This document shows, one piece after another, positions 36,622-48,135 of a stretch of DNA of 64,000 nucleotides (within the stretch, counting starts at the first letter, position 1; each line of letters starts with the position of its first letter). Below the pieces are notes generated by a model, which did not search any database, was not told the origin of the DNA, and was given only the letters and a program-made list of their open reading frames with translations. Source of the stretch: Folioceros fuciformis (taxonomy: Eukaryota); contig JBNGIO010005877.1 in the NCBI GenBank assembly GCA_049999805.1, positions 1 to 64,000 on the forward strand, read 5' to 3'. The translations under genes and the position numbers were made by a program.

Positions 36622-39076
36622 TTACCAATAATCGTTGCAGGAACAGACGCCATCCTTGAAATGGTGAAAGCGTGTAGCATCCCTGGTTACTATAACTCTG
36701 TCCGTAATTTTTGATAAATACTTAGCGGCACTGTGGCAATCACCACACATGCGAAGGTTTTTTATCACCCGAATAGGTGTTCCGGGCGGGGTGCTGATGA
36801 GCCCATAGGCAATCGCGAGTTTCTCGCTGTGGTGGCGAAGGGACACCTCCTTCTCTTCTTCGGTCATGTCGTGGAGGACAAACCGTGTTTCAGGCACATA
36901 TCCTGCGGTCTTCATTTCCTTGCTCAGCTTCACCAGAGCTTCATGGATGTCCATAACCTGTGGGTGTGACTTATCATCTGCCACGAAAGCGTGAACCTGG
37001 GCATTAAGAACGATCCAGCTGCGCCCAGGTTCTAACTTTATGCCCTTCTCTTTGATCAAATGCCGTACTCGGGACTCATCACTCCACTGTCCAGCTGCAG
37101 CATACGTGTTGGCCAGAAGTACTAACGCCGAAGCATTCAGAGGCTCAATCTCTAAGACACGTCTTACAGCCAGTTGAGCTAAATCTGCGTCTCTGTGTAA
37201 TCTGCACGCTCCAAGCAGGGTCAGCCACACAGCTGCACCAGGGCGGCCAGGCATGGTGGATATGAATCTTTCAGCCTCGTCCAGCTGACCAGCGCGGCTG
37301 AGGAGACTCACCATGCAGCAATAATGCTCCTCTGACGGTGGGATGCCATGCACCTTCCACATATTGGAAAAAATCGCCCAACCTTCCTGCACAAGTCCCA
37401 GTTGGCTGCAAGCAGTGAGCACAGATACAAATGTTATGTGATCAGGCTTCACTCCCTCTTCTAACATCTTTTTGAAAAGCTCCAAAGCCTCCTTGCCATT
37501 CCCATTTTGGGTGTAACCAGCAATCAGCGTAGTCCAAGCGACCACATCTTGAATCTGCAGTTTATCAAACACTGCATATGCATCCTCTATGCTTCCGCAC
37601 TTGGCATACATGTCGATGAGCCCATTTCCCACGAATGCATTAGCGATGAACCCACGTTCGTTGATAAGGGCATGAACCTTCCTGCCCTCTTCCAAAGCTG
37701 CTATACAAGAGCAAGCTTTGAGAACCGTGAGCACAGTCACATCATTTGGCTCCACGTCTCCAAGAAGCATGAGTTTGAAGAGCTTAAGCGCCTGCTCCCC
37801 AAATCCGAGATTGGTATATCCAGCAATCATGGCCGTCCAGGATTGGACCGTTTGGTAGGGCATTCTATCGAATACTTGACGGGCATTTTGTAGGCTTCCA
37901 CACTTTGCATACATGTCCACCAGCGCTGGCCCTAATGCATCACAATCTAACTCACTGTCCATTACAAGAGAATGTATGCGTTTACCCTCTGCTAATACAC
38001 CAAGTGCAGCACATGCTCTCAGTAGGCCAAGAAAGGTGACTGCGTTCGGCTTCACCTTCGCCTTCTGCATTTCCTCAAACAAGCCTAAAGCTTCCTTTGC
38101 ATAACCGTGCTGTGCATACCCAGATATCATCGCACTCCATGATATCACATCCTTCTCAGCAACTTTGTCAAACACACTCTGAGCAGCTTGAACCCGTCCA
38201 CACTTGCAATACATATCAAGTAGTGCCTTCCCAACGAAAATATCCGACTCTAACCCAAGTCCAACAATACGAGCATGAACTCGCTCACCAACATCTACTG
38301 CCCTAATGCCAGCACATGCTTTCAGCACAGCTACAAATGTAAAGCTGTTGGGCTGCACACCTTCCTCCAGCATTCGTTGGAAAGCTTTCAGAGCTGTCTC
38401 ACCCAACCCTTTGTCAGCATACCCGGAAATCAGTGTAGTCCAAGAAACGACGTTTCTCTCAGGCATCTCCGAGAAGCAATGCTGAGCGTCAGGCATACTA
38501 TCGCACTTAGCATACATATCAATGAGGCAGTTTCCCACACTCATATTTGAAGTCAAGCCAGCCTGCACAATCAGGTCATGGATGCGTTTTCCTTTCTCCA
38601 GGGCCTTCAGACTAGCACATGCCTTAAGAACACTTATGAAAGTGACAGCGTTTGGGCTGACACGTTTCTTTATCATCTTCTGGAACAACTCCAGGGCATC
38701 TGCTCCTCGTCCCTGATTAACATATCCCTCGATCATAGCTGTGCAGCAAAACGTATTTTGTTTGGGCATCCTGTCAAAAATCTCACGACCATTATCCATT
38801 CTCCCGCATTTAGTGTACATCAAAATAAGGTTACCGGCCACAAAATTGTTACTCTGCCATCCACTCTTGCGGATATGCTCGTGCACCCTCTTTCCTTGAG
38901 AGAGAGCCCTAATTCTTGTACATTCCTGCAGAAGCGATGCATACATACAGCTGGTAGGCTGGATACCCTGCACATCCATGGAATGCAGTGCCTCCAGAGC
39001 ATCATCCAATTTCCCCTTTCGACAGAGCTCCGTGAGAAGCTCGGCTGACACGTCAGGCTTCTGGTGTTCCCCGCGC
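36622..39076 (-). CDS. PLS-class PPR-DYW RNA editing factor (canonical PG-type DYW), 5' end missing
   Basis: PLS array, E1/E2, EPGRSWI, HSEKLAIAYG, KNLRMCGDCH, FHHFKDGVCSCNDYW*. A splice acceptor at ~39077 and the adjacent N-gap hide the first exon. Confidence 0.95.
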
Positions 39077-39138
39077 CTGCACAAAACCAAATCACAAATA
39101 ACAAAACTTAGCACCTATCCCATTCAAACCATGCAGAA

Positions 39139-39238
39139 NNNNNNNNNNNNNNNNNNNNNNNNNNNNNNNNNNNNNNNNNNNNNNNNNNNNNNNNNNNNNN
39201 NNNNNNNNNNNNNNNNNNNNNNNNNNNNNNNNNNNNNN
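39139..39238. other. Assembly gap (100 N)
   Basis: Run of N. Confidence 0.99.
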
Positions 39239-39381
39239 CAGGTCTATCACCGCCGCGACCTTGGGTCGGTCTGAAGGCAATAATAAACGACTACGCGCTC
39301 ACCTCGGTTTAACTAGACACATACATATAGTCTAGCAATGTGGCACAATACCCATCCCATCGGCTTCCGTGTCTTCCGACC

Positions 39382-39954
39382 ATGGACAACTACAACTCCC
39401 TGCCGGCCGGATTGCCCCGACCGGAAGACGACGGCGCGGCGGCACATTTGACGGGGGCGCAGGTGCCGGAAATCGGTCTGGCTGCCACTACGGGGGAGAC
39501 AGTGTGGCTGTCGAGACTGGAAGGCCTTACCGTTGTGTACGCGTATCCCCTAACGGGAAAGCCTGGTGAGGAATTGCCGCCGGGGTGGGATCTCATCCCC
39601 GGGGCACGGGGATGCACTCCGCAGAGCTGCGGATTTAGGGACTTGTTCTCGGAGATAACGAAGGTGGGAGCGCGGCATGTGTTTGGTTTGTCCACACAGA
39701 GCCAAGACTATCAGCAGGAGCTGGCTGCAAGGTTGCACTTGCCGTTCCCCTTGCTGTCGGATGAGGGTTTGCAGCTGGCCCGGACACTGCGGCTTCCCGT
39801 CTTTGACGTTGGAGGAAACACCTTGCTCAGAAGGCTCACCATTGTAATTGAGGACGCCAAGGTCACCCGTGTGTTTTATCCTGTCTTTCCTCCCGACAGG
39901 AGCGCACACGATGTACTGGATTGGCTTACCTCTCTTCATTCAGCCGGGTGGTGA
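39382..39954 (+). CDS. Peroxiredoxin, BCP/PrxQ-related bacterial/fungal-type (redoxin family), intronless
   Basis: MDNYNSLPAGLPRPEDDGAAAHL...YAYPLTGKPGEELPPGWDLIPGARGCTPQSCGFRD...FGLSTQ...RLHLPFPLLSD...RRLT...FYPVFPPD. CxxxxC motif, no transit peptide. Confidence 0.88.
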   Translation: MDNYNSLPAGLPRPEDDGAAAHLTGAQVPEIGLAATTGETVWLSRLEGLTVVYAYPLTGKPGEELPPGWDLIPGARGCTPQSCGFRDLFSEITKVGARHVFGLSTQSQDYQQELAARLHLPFPLLSDEGLQLARTLRLPVFDVGGNTLLRRLTIVIEDAKVTRVFYPVFPPDRSAHDVLDWLTSLHSAGW

Positions 39955-40639
39955 CTTGCAGGGTGTCCTCTCAACCGAGCTTTGTTTCAGTCCTCGGTAC
40001 CGCCTAGCTTTGCTACTCTCGGTCCCGGGCTCAAGGGCTATTCACATGAGAACCCGGCAGTGTGCGTAGGCTCACCTTAAAGAACGGGCAAACTCCATCT
40101 TTTTTCTGTATCTTTAACCAAAAGATACGATGCGTACTCCGCAGCCATGCCCAGGACCGGGTGGTGGCCGAGCCGTGGTCCCATGACCTGCGATGATAGC
40201 CTTATGAGGATACTTGAGAAGCGTTTTCTTGTTCATTCGATGATACATAGACTCGTCATGACCTCGTGACCTCTTCATTTTCCTTTGTACGGCTTGCTGC
40301 GTCTTCACGTCTGCTGTTTTGACCGTGTGCCTAGCGCTAGCTTTAGTCTTCTGTCTTGAGGCCATGGATCTCATGTTATTTAATATGTTATTTGGTTTTC
40401 TCATGAAATCTTATGTAAATGTATGGATCTACTTATGGTTTGTAGCTCACAATTAAGCGATGGTGTGATGAGTAACAATGGATGTTTTGTTATTTTATTC
40501 CTTTAGTACTTTCTTAGGTTGGAACTTACTTCTTTCATTTGCATATTGAGTAATATTCTTGGCTGAGATTTTGGTGGAAGTTTCCACCATAAAATACAAC
40601 TTGAAGTTCGTTACATATGTATGCTTGCTTGTGGGGCAA

Positions 40640-41033
40640 GAACAGTTGGATGTTCAAAGGAGGAGGGAGTACAAGATGGCCTACACAACTTTCAAAGCTT
40701 TTGGTGGAAGAATTGCATCCTTACATTCAAAAGAAGTCTAACAGGCTACCTCTATTTGGAGTTGTCATGGTCTTGCTTGCACTAGCTCGCTTATGGAGCA
40801 TCTCCTAAAGTTGTCGCTAACAATTATGGAGTTGGACCATCCACTGTGATAGAGTACACCAAGCTAATTATTAGCATCCTTAGGAATCCAAGGAAGTTGG
40901 CTTCAAAGTTCATCAACATGGCAAGTGGCCAAAGACAATTAGCATGTGCAGATAAGTTTTTAGTAGTTACGAGAATTCCAAATATAGCACTATAATCGAT
41001 GGTTCGCATATCAAATTGGCTGCTAGGCTTGCG
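40640..41033 (+). mobile_element. PIF/Harbinger transposase remnant, 5' half (HTH and first catalytic D)
   Basis: Frameshifted YKMAYTTFK/LVEELHPYIQKK, AYGASPKVVANNYGVGPSTVIEYTKLIISIL and TRIPNI/IDGSHIKL. Confidence 0.75.
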
Positions 41034-41459
41034 CCAGCACTTGGTGTAGATGCGGCCCTTGTTGAGGCCAGAAGAGATCTCTTGAAGGCTGATATCAGTT
41101 GGCCTATGCAAATCGCACCACGAATGTATCAGCACTGACCGGCTTGTATTGCAGCCGTTTGGTGCCGCTGAAGGAGGAAGAATGTGGTGTGAAGATCACG
41201 GGTTCTTGTGAAGAAAGGACAATATTGTGTTATTGCACGGCTAAAGCATCTAACTTTGCACCACAGTGCGGAGATGATGAGCCGATCGATGAGACGGCAT
41301 TGGTAGCCAAGTGGTTGGATGCACAACCACGTGACACGTTTACTTCCGTATGCCCCGTTCGCGGAGGGCGCTTCCCTCACTCGCCTACAGCCAACTCGTT
41401 GTCCTTGTCCTTCCGGCTCATCGTTTGTGCCAACCGGTGCATACACACTGACGACCTCC

Positions 41460-42242
41460 ATGGATGAGGATGATGAGGTCCCCTCCCTATTGTTGCAGGC
41501 TTGGTCTGAGTGGCTATCTTGTCTTGCAGGCTTTTGTGCTGCTGCTACTGCTGCTGCTGCTCTCTCTCCATCTCAAAACACGCTTTTGCTGTTGTCCTGC
41601 GAGGGGAATGTGGTTGTTCTCCCCCTAAGGACTGGATCCGAGGGCTTGATTCCAAATGCACACCTTCCTGCACTACGAAATTTCAAGTGTCTAGCATGGG
41701 TGCAATGCGAAGGGGATTCGCGATCCGAGCAGTTTCTCTTCACAGCGAGGGATGATAGCCTGCGTATCCTGGGATGGGATGGTTGTCGTTCCCAGGCTAC
41801 AGAAGGTGCGCAACTTCATTCAAATGTACAGGTTGGACACGCCGAGGAATTGCCAGGGGAGGATTCGAGCTCGGCGTATGACAAGCAAGGCAGTGGGCCC
41901 CTTGCCAGTGAGGGTGGGCTCAAGCAAGCCTGTTTCCGAGAGGGGGAAGGCTTTCATGTTGCTTGTGATGAGGGGGGAGCTAGAAGATTTTGCTGAGGGA
42001 CTTGGTTTGCGGTTTACGAGGACTTCCTCGAGAGGAATTGCCACTACGATGATATCTTGTCCATCACACAGTTTTGGCCATCTCATCACTCTCGGGCTGA
42101 AGTATCAGGTGGCTTCAGTGAAGAGCCTATTGAGCCAAGTCCTGGTCACCTGGAAGAGCACATTGGGAGTGAGGAATACTGCATTTTGGTTATTCTATCC
42201 AGTCCTGGGCACAAGGTTGTGGCACTTGTCTTTGGCAAATAG
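41460..42242 (+). pseudogene. Truncated host-gene fragment resembling the N-terminus of plant spatacsin (SPG11)
   Basis: MDEDDEVPSLLLQAW...LSPSQNTLLLLSCEGNVVVLPL...LAWVQC...FLFTA. GC-richer than its flanks, frameshift near 41995, stop at 42242. The similarity is recalled, not searched. Confidence 0.4.
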
Positions 42243-42504
42243 GTTGCAGAGGAAATACATGCCACCACAACTTTGCTTTCGCTTATATACATAGTTATGG
42301 TTTCTTTTCGGTTCTTGTGATGGAATCTTCTCTCTAGAACCTGAAGCAGCTTAAGCTTGTGATGTAGGACTCAGTTTAGGTTTTGAAAAAACCACCGCTC
42401 CGAATCCTTTCACTACACCACACCCCTTTACATAAACTACACATACGTGGTTAGGTTGAGACGTATGTAGCTACATTAAGAGCAACTATTGTGTTATCTC
42501 AAGT

Positions 42505-42836
42505 GCATGTTCAGTGGCTGGTTGAGAGCAATGTTTAGTGGCTGGTTGAAAGCAGTGTTTAGTGGCCGGTTGAGAGCAGTGTTCAGTTGCTGGTTGAGAG
42601 CAGTGTTTAGTTGCTGGTTGAGAGCAGTGTTCAGTGGCTGGTTGAGAGCAATGATGAGTGGTTGGTTGAAAGCAACTCTCAAGTGCAAGTTCAGTGGTTG
42701 GTTGAGAGAAGCTACTATCCTTTTCCTTCTTTTGTATAATCTCAAGTGCATGTTCAGTGGTTGGTTGAGAGCAGCTACTATCCCTTTTCCTTCTTTTGTA
42801 TTATCTCAAGTGCATGCTCAATGGCTGGTTGAGAGC
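42505..42836. repeat. 24-bp minisatellite (7 copies) grading into ~60-bp units
   Basis: Unit ~CAGTGTTCAGTGGCTGGTTGAGAG, then longer units adding CTACTATCCTTTTCCTTCTTTTGTA..ATCTCAAGTGCAT. Confidence 0.92.
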
Positions 42837-42839
42837 ACA

Positions 42840-44041
42840 ATGACAATGAGAAATGAGGAGGCTAGCAAGTACGTTGTATATGCTCTTATTCAAAACCGGC
42901 TACTAAGAAGGGCGCATAGCTCAAGGCACATTATAAAGTTAGATTAGACACATGTGCCTGATGAAGTCATTGAAATCATTTTAGAAAGTTCTTCGGCTGA
43001 TAGCCATCTGAGATTTTCAATCATATGTAAGCATTGGAGACAATTATTGTTGGACCCCTCCTTCAAGGATAGGAGAGTATCAACTTTACTTGCCACAAAA
43101 GGAGATTGCCTTATGTGGCCTATATATTCTTAGAATATTGTGTTCAAGCTCGGCGATACGGACCCATGTTGGGCAATTCTATACCACTCTCTTGTGACTT
43201 AACTTTAAGTTACATGTACAATAGGAACAATTTATGGTTGCCACTTAGATCATTTCACGAATAAGAAGGATTATGTTTAGCCATAGTCAATCTAACAAAA
43301 AGGGTATGTGTGGAGTTGCCTCCCTTGGAAGTTTCACCCCTTTTTCAAAGAGCTTGTCAAATCGGAGAGGTGAGTTATAAGGACGATGATTTCTTGGCAA
43401 TGAGGGAAATATATCAGATGAACATGAGCCAAGTATGTCATGTTGTTTATTCTTACGACACTGCAAGGTGGTCAAAATCCATAATCGACGTCCACGAGAG
43501 TCTCGGCATTTCATTTCAACATAATTTAATAAAAAACATCTTACTATGTGAAAAAAATATGGTGTATATAGTAAGCTACGATCATTACTTGTGCTTCATG
43601 TTGACGAAGCCTCCCAATATGTTTACGGGATTGACATAGCCCCATCAAGTTTCTTCCAAAACTATATTGCACACCCTGAGGGTCTAATGTGTTAATAACT
43701 TAGTTATTATTTAGATGGAAGGGAAGCCACCCTCTACCTTATTTCTTACTTCAAATCTACATCCGACCAAGAAACATTGCGAAGTGAAAAACATGGAAGT
43801 TTGATTGACAAACTAATTATCAATGACCTTTTCATGTCAGATGAGAGCAACGGGCCACGAGAGAGGAGTCAGCAGCAGCCGAGTTGGCATTAATTATTTT
43901 GATATATATAAAGTTCACATATATAGCAACAGACTTATCTATATTATTTTAGAATGGCGACTATCGTTTTATGGGGACCAATGCTTCGAAGTTTTAGGTT
44001 ATAACCTAGACGAAGGCTCATGGCTTCATTTGGTTCACTAA
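42840..44041 (+). pseudogene. F-box protein pseudogene
   Basis: After an in-frame TAG (42945-42947): HVPDEVIEIILESSSADSHLRFSIICKHWRQLLLDPSF (F-box). Broken downstream segments ELPPL, VYSYDTARWS and GYNLDEGSW. Confidence 0.7.
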
Positions 44042-44220
44042 CAACAAGGCACATGGAGTGGAGATGTCATGATAACAAGGAACGGTCAAGAGCTGAGCAT
44101 GACATTCAATGTGACCAGGTGACCAGAACTTGGCTAAATAAGCTCTTCAGCCACCTGATACTTCAGCCCAAGAGTGATGAGACGAGACAAACTTCGAGAT
44201 CCACAAGATATCGTTGTTGA

Positions 44221-44700
44221 GGCGATAAGTATACTTTAGCTGCTTATTAGTCATACCATGATATGCATAGTGTCATTCTTCAAGAAGTCTGTGACTATAA
44301 TCAAAAAACAATTTTGGATGTAAGTCACATTGCTCGAAGAGGTGTCCATGACTCTGCTATGCTATGGAAGATTAGTGTGCGGGCAAGATTGCATCTACAT
44401 GATATCTTGACAAAGCCTACAATATTGATTAGCAGCACCGATGATCGGCCTTTTATTGTTGATGATAGTACTTATCCAATTATGTCTTGTCTTATGAAGC
44501 CATACAATACACCGTGCTCATCAGATAAGCGAAGGTTCAACATAAGTCTTTGCAAAGGAAGGGGCAAAATTGTAAATGCATTTAGAAATTTGAAAAACAG
44601 TTGGCATATTTTGAGGGACATAATATGGCTCTCCCTTATGTGGCACAAACTATAGTACCTGGGACAATGCTACATAATTTTTGCATCATGCACAAGGAGA
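44221..44700 (+). mobile_element. PIF/Harbinger (DDE_Tnp_4/HARBI1-like) transposase remnant, 3' half
   Basis: HSVILQEVCD, GVHDS, FIVDDSTYP...LMKPY, RRFN, IVNAFRNLKNSWHIL and LHNFC, with stops and frameshifts. Confidence 0.85.
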
Positions 44701-46536
44701 CTAATGTGGCTAATGTGTGAGAAAATCCAAACTCTTATCCTATGCAACATCAGTCATTTTATTTGGAAAATGTCGTAGAGGAGCAGCTTCAACGAGTGGG
44801 CTACGAACAAAGACAAGCATTGTTGGAGTTATGGATCACAACAAATCGTTAATATGTTGTACAAAAACTGATGAGGGTAATCATAAAGCTATTGTATGTT
44901 GGGTAATTGAAGAGCCATTGTTTGTTAGACTATATAACGTCGTCTAAAAGAGTTTGGGTTCGTCCACAAAAATGACGTTTTGCTCTAAATGCAAACAATA
45001 AATGGTCATTCTTACCATTATACTTGGTTTTCAAGGGTTTTTGTAGGTGGCAAAATGACGACAACAAGCACTCTTCACAATGCAATCACACCCTGAATGA
45101 TATGACAAAACACGAATGTATTAGATTCATATCCACACATGATTTTGAATGGCCATTCATATTCTTTGTTCTCAGAAACCCTTGTTTTTTGCCCGTGTGT
45201 AATTACTTTCAAACCACAGGTTTCAAGGATACAAAACCTATAGGCTTTCGTGGCGTGCACAAGTACGCGTCCACCACGAGGCATGGTGCGCCCAAGTGTG
45301 CGCCATGTACTTGAGACCATCATAACATGCTACAAAACTCAAGGCAAATCTAAGACATTGTTAGTTGGGCACTCCCTTCTTCCTCTTCTTCTTCAACACT
45401 AAGTGTTAATGAGATGTTGAAGCGATGTTCAAGATATTGAAGCAACCTTAAACGCCTCTAGAAATGATTGATCAAGGGGTTAAGGATTCGAAACCTGGGG
45501 TTTCATTATCGTTTTACTCTCCCCACGTTTAGGAGGCTTTAAATTAATCTATCGGTATCTAGAAGTGCGGGTTGGAAGCCAAGTGGCATTTTCAAGTCCT
45601 CGCTAAAAACCAATTATTGCACAAAAGTTTGCACTAAGAGCAAACCACCGCGTACAAGTTCTTGCTCTGAGTAGGCCCGTTCTCACAAGTGTGCACCATG
45701 ACCCAGCAGCTATGTATTTATGCATGTCATGACTCGGTTGGCATGCACAAGTGTGCGCCATGACTCAGTGGGCGTGCATAAGTGTGTGCCATGGCTTCAA
45801 GGTTTCGTAGGTTTTTTTCCCCTAATTTTACTCTTTTTTTTTGATTTTATCATGTTTAAAAAGTTTGTTTTAATCGTTTTTAACCCCTTTTGCATCGTTT
45901 TGTAGTGAGACTTGACTTGTATTCGTCTTTCTTTTCATGATCTAAACCTTGAGTAAGTAGTGAGGACTTTCTGCGTGTTTTGCATCCTTGGATGTTTAAA
46001 CGCCTTTTACAAAAAACTTTGTTTAGAAACATTCTCCAACTCGGCTTCATAAGCAAACGAACTTGAAGAACCCTATAGACAAACATAAAGATCCAAAACT
46101 GATGGCAATTCAACCAAATACAACCCTATATTATTGTCACCATGACTAAAAGGCCAGAATCTCCATAATTCGAAGAATAAGACATTTCACTAGATAGACT
46201 ATATGCCTGTAAGTAGGCGGGCGCACACTTGTGCGCGCCTTGGTATTGTAGTTTACTAGAAAAATAGTTGATTTGGAAATCATGTTTGAAGTGTGCCTTA
46301 TATCAATGTTCACTTTCCTCAGAAAACAAAAATGCATAAATTTGCGTAGCAATATCCATCGGCCTTCTCAAACCCTTGAGCTGTAGTAGACAACATTATT
46401 GGAGGATGGTGTGATGCCATATGACTGGAGCAAAAGGCAAATGAAGGGTTTGAGGAGAGACCCGATTTATTTCAAACGCTGTTATATGTGAAGCCATCCT
46501 ACCCATTTAGAATAATATATAAAACAACAATGAACT

Positions 46537-47150
46537 CTACAAACTCACTACATCATCACTTGTCATCGTCAGAGTCTGAGAACTAGCAAACAATTTTGCT
46601 ATTCTCAATTGAACTTCGGCTTGCATATGCTGACATTGTAAGTCATGAAGAACTCTGATATGTTCCATACTCTGTATGAACTTAAGTCTTTGTCTCTCCA
46701 ACTCCTGTGCATGAAGCAACTTACCTTCCTCAATCTGCACATAACTTTGAGCAAAAGTTTGCATACCTTGACGAAAATTTGACTTGCTACTGAAGGATAA
46801 CTTCCTGGTCTTTCCTTTCCCTTGGCTCCATTGTGCAGACACGCCAACAAAGCTTCTTTATTTGTGATAGAGGAATATCTGGGGTCACTTGCCCATCATC
46901 GGCACAAGAATCTGCTGCTGCCGCTGAGAATGGAATTGGAGTTGGTGTGGTGTCCTTGCCACCAAGTTTGGCTAGGGAGGTTGCAATATCTTGGTTGAGG
47001 TCTTCATTCTCAAGGTCAACTAAATCTACAGTGGTTGGGTTCTCATTAACTGCGAAACTCCCAACATCAACTGAACCTGGAATGCCACTTAGGATTTGTG
47101 CCCAAGAAGGAGTCAATCTGCTCAAAGAAAAGCCAAGAGCATTGTGTCCC
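46537..47150 (-). mobile_element. Harbinger-type Myb/SANT (trihelix-like) partner ORF remnant
   Basis: CSWLFFEQIDSFLG, an acidic/Pro-rich linker, then coiled-coil GMQTFAQSYVQIEE...ELERQRL...EVQLRIAKLF. Frameshifted, convergent with the transposase. Confidence 0.55.
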
Positions 47151-47794
47151 CCCTTGATGCATCAATATCAAGAGCAATCGATTACTTAATATAGCACAAA
47201 ACATCTCGGGTGATAAAATACACTCAAGATGGATCGCGGATGTGGGCACTATGGTATGGAGACACTACAAGTACGGGGTTTGGCTATAGTCTCAATGATG
47301 AGTGTGGGGTGGCACATCAATTGCTTACTTTTTGTGAGCTCGGTGAGAACGAAAGTTGCCTGCAGAAAAAACTAACTACATTCTGATTTTCTTATGTGAA
47401 TAGGCTATGAGTACGGACTACACTTATTTTCGACTCTCAATCATAACATATAGTAAATCATAAAACCTAAATAATTTCAAATATTAGTATAAATATATAA
47501 ATATGTATGTATGGTATATTTTGCTGTGGAGGTTGCTCTTTCCCAGCTTTAACAATACCATTGCACTTCACAAGAGAACAATCCTTTTTTGGAACGGTTG
47601 GTCTCGGGAAAAAAATGGGGACCGAAGCTCAAGACGGGACTTTTTACTGATCTCCAGTCCTCTATTTTAATAACATCTGTGCGAACTAGGACTGAGCTTG
47701 GGATGCGGTCAAAATCACTTAGACTCGTGAGCAGGGTTGTGTCAAAAAGTGTGAGTATGACTATCCATACATATCTAAATACATATGTACATTT

Positions 47795-48135
47795 ATTCAG
47801 AAATGAGGTTTGGAGATATGCATATAGTACACATTTGAGTATTTAGCATTGCGACTAACAAAAATTTGATAGTACCATGTGCTTCGTCAAGAAATGAGGT
47901 TTGGAGATATACACATAATACACATTTGAATATTTAGCATTGTGACCAGCCAAATTTGATAGTACTACGTGCTTCATTAAAAAATGAGGTTTGGAGATAT
48001 GTACATAGTATGTATGTGAATATTTAGTATTGCGACTAGCCAAATTGATAGTACCATGTACTTCGTCAAGAAATGAGGTTTGGAGATATGCATGTAGTAT
48101 GTATTTGAATACTTAGCACTGTGACTAGCCAAAGC
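47795..48135. repeat. ~90-bp tandem repeat, about 3.7 copies
   Basis: AAATGAGGTTTGGAGATAT recurs at 47801, 47892, 47982 and 48071 with similar intervening sequence. Confidence 0.92.

Noticed and set aside
42505..42836. Repeat array superficially like a CRISPR array
   Set aside because: Units are contiguous or separated by near-identical sequence. There are no unique spacers or cas genes, and the context is eukaryotic.
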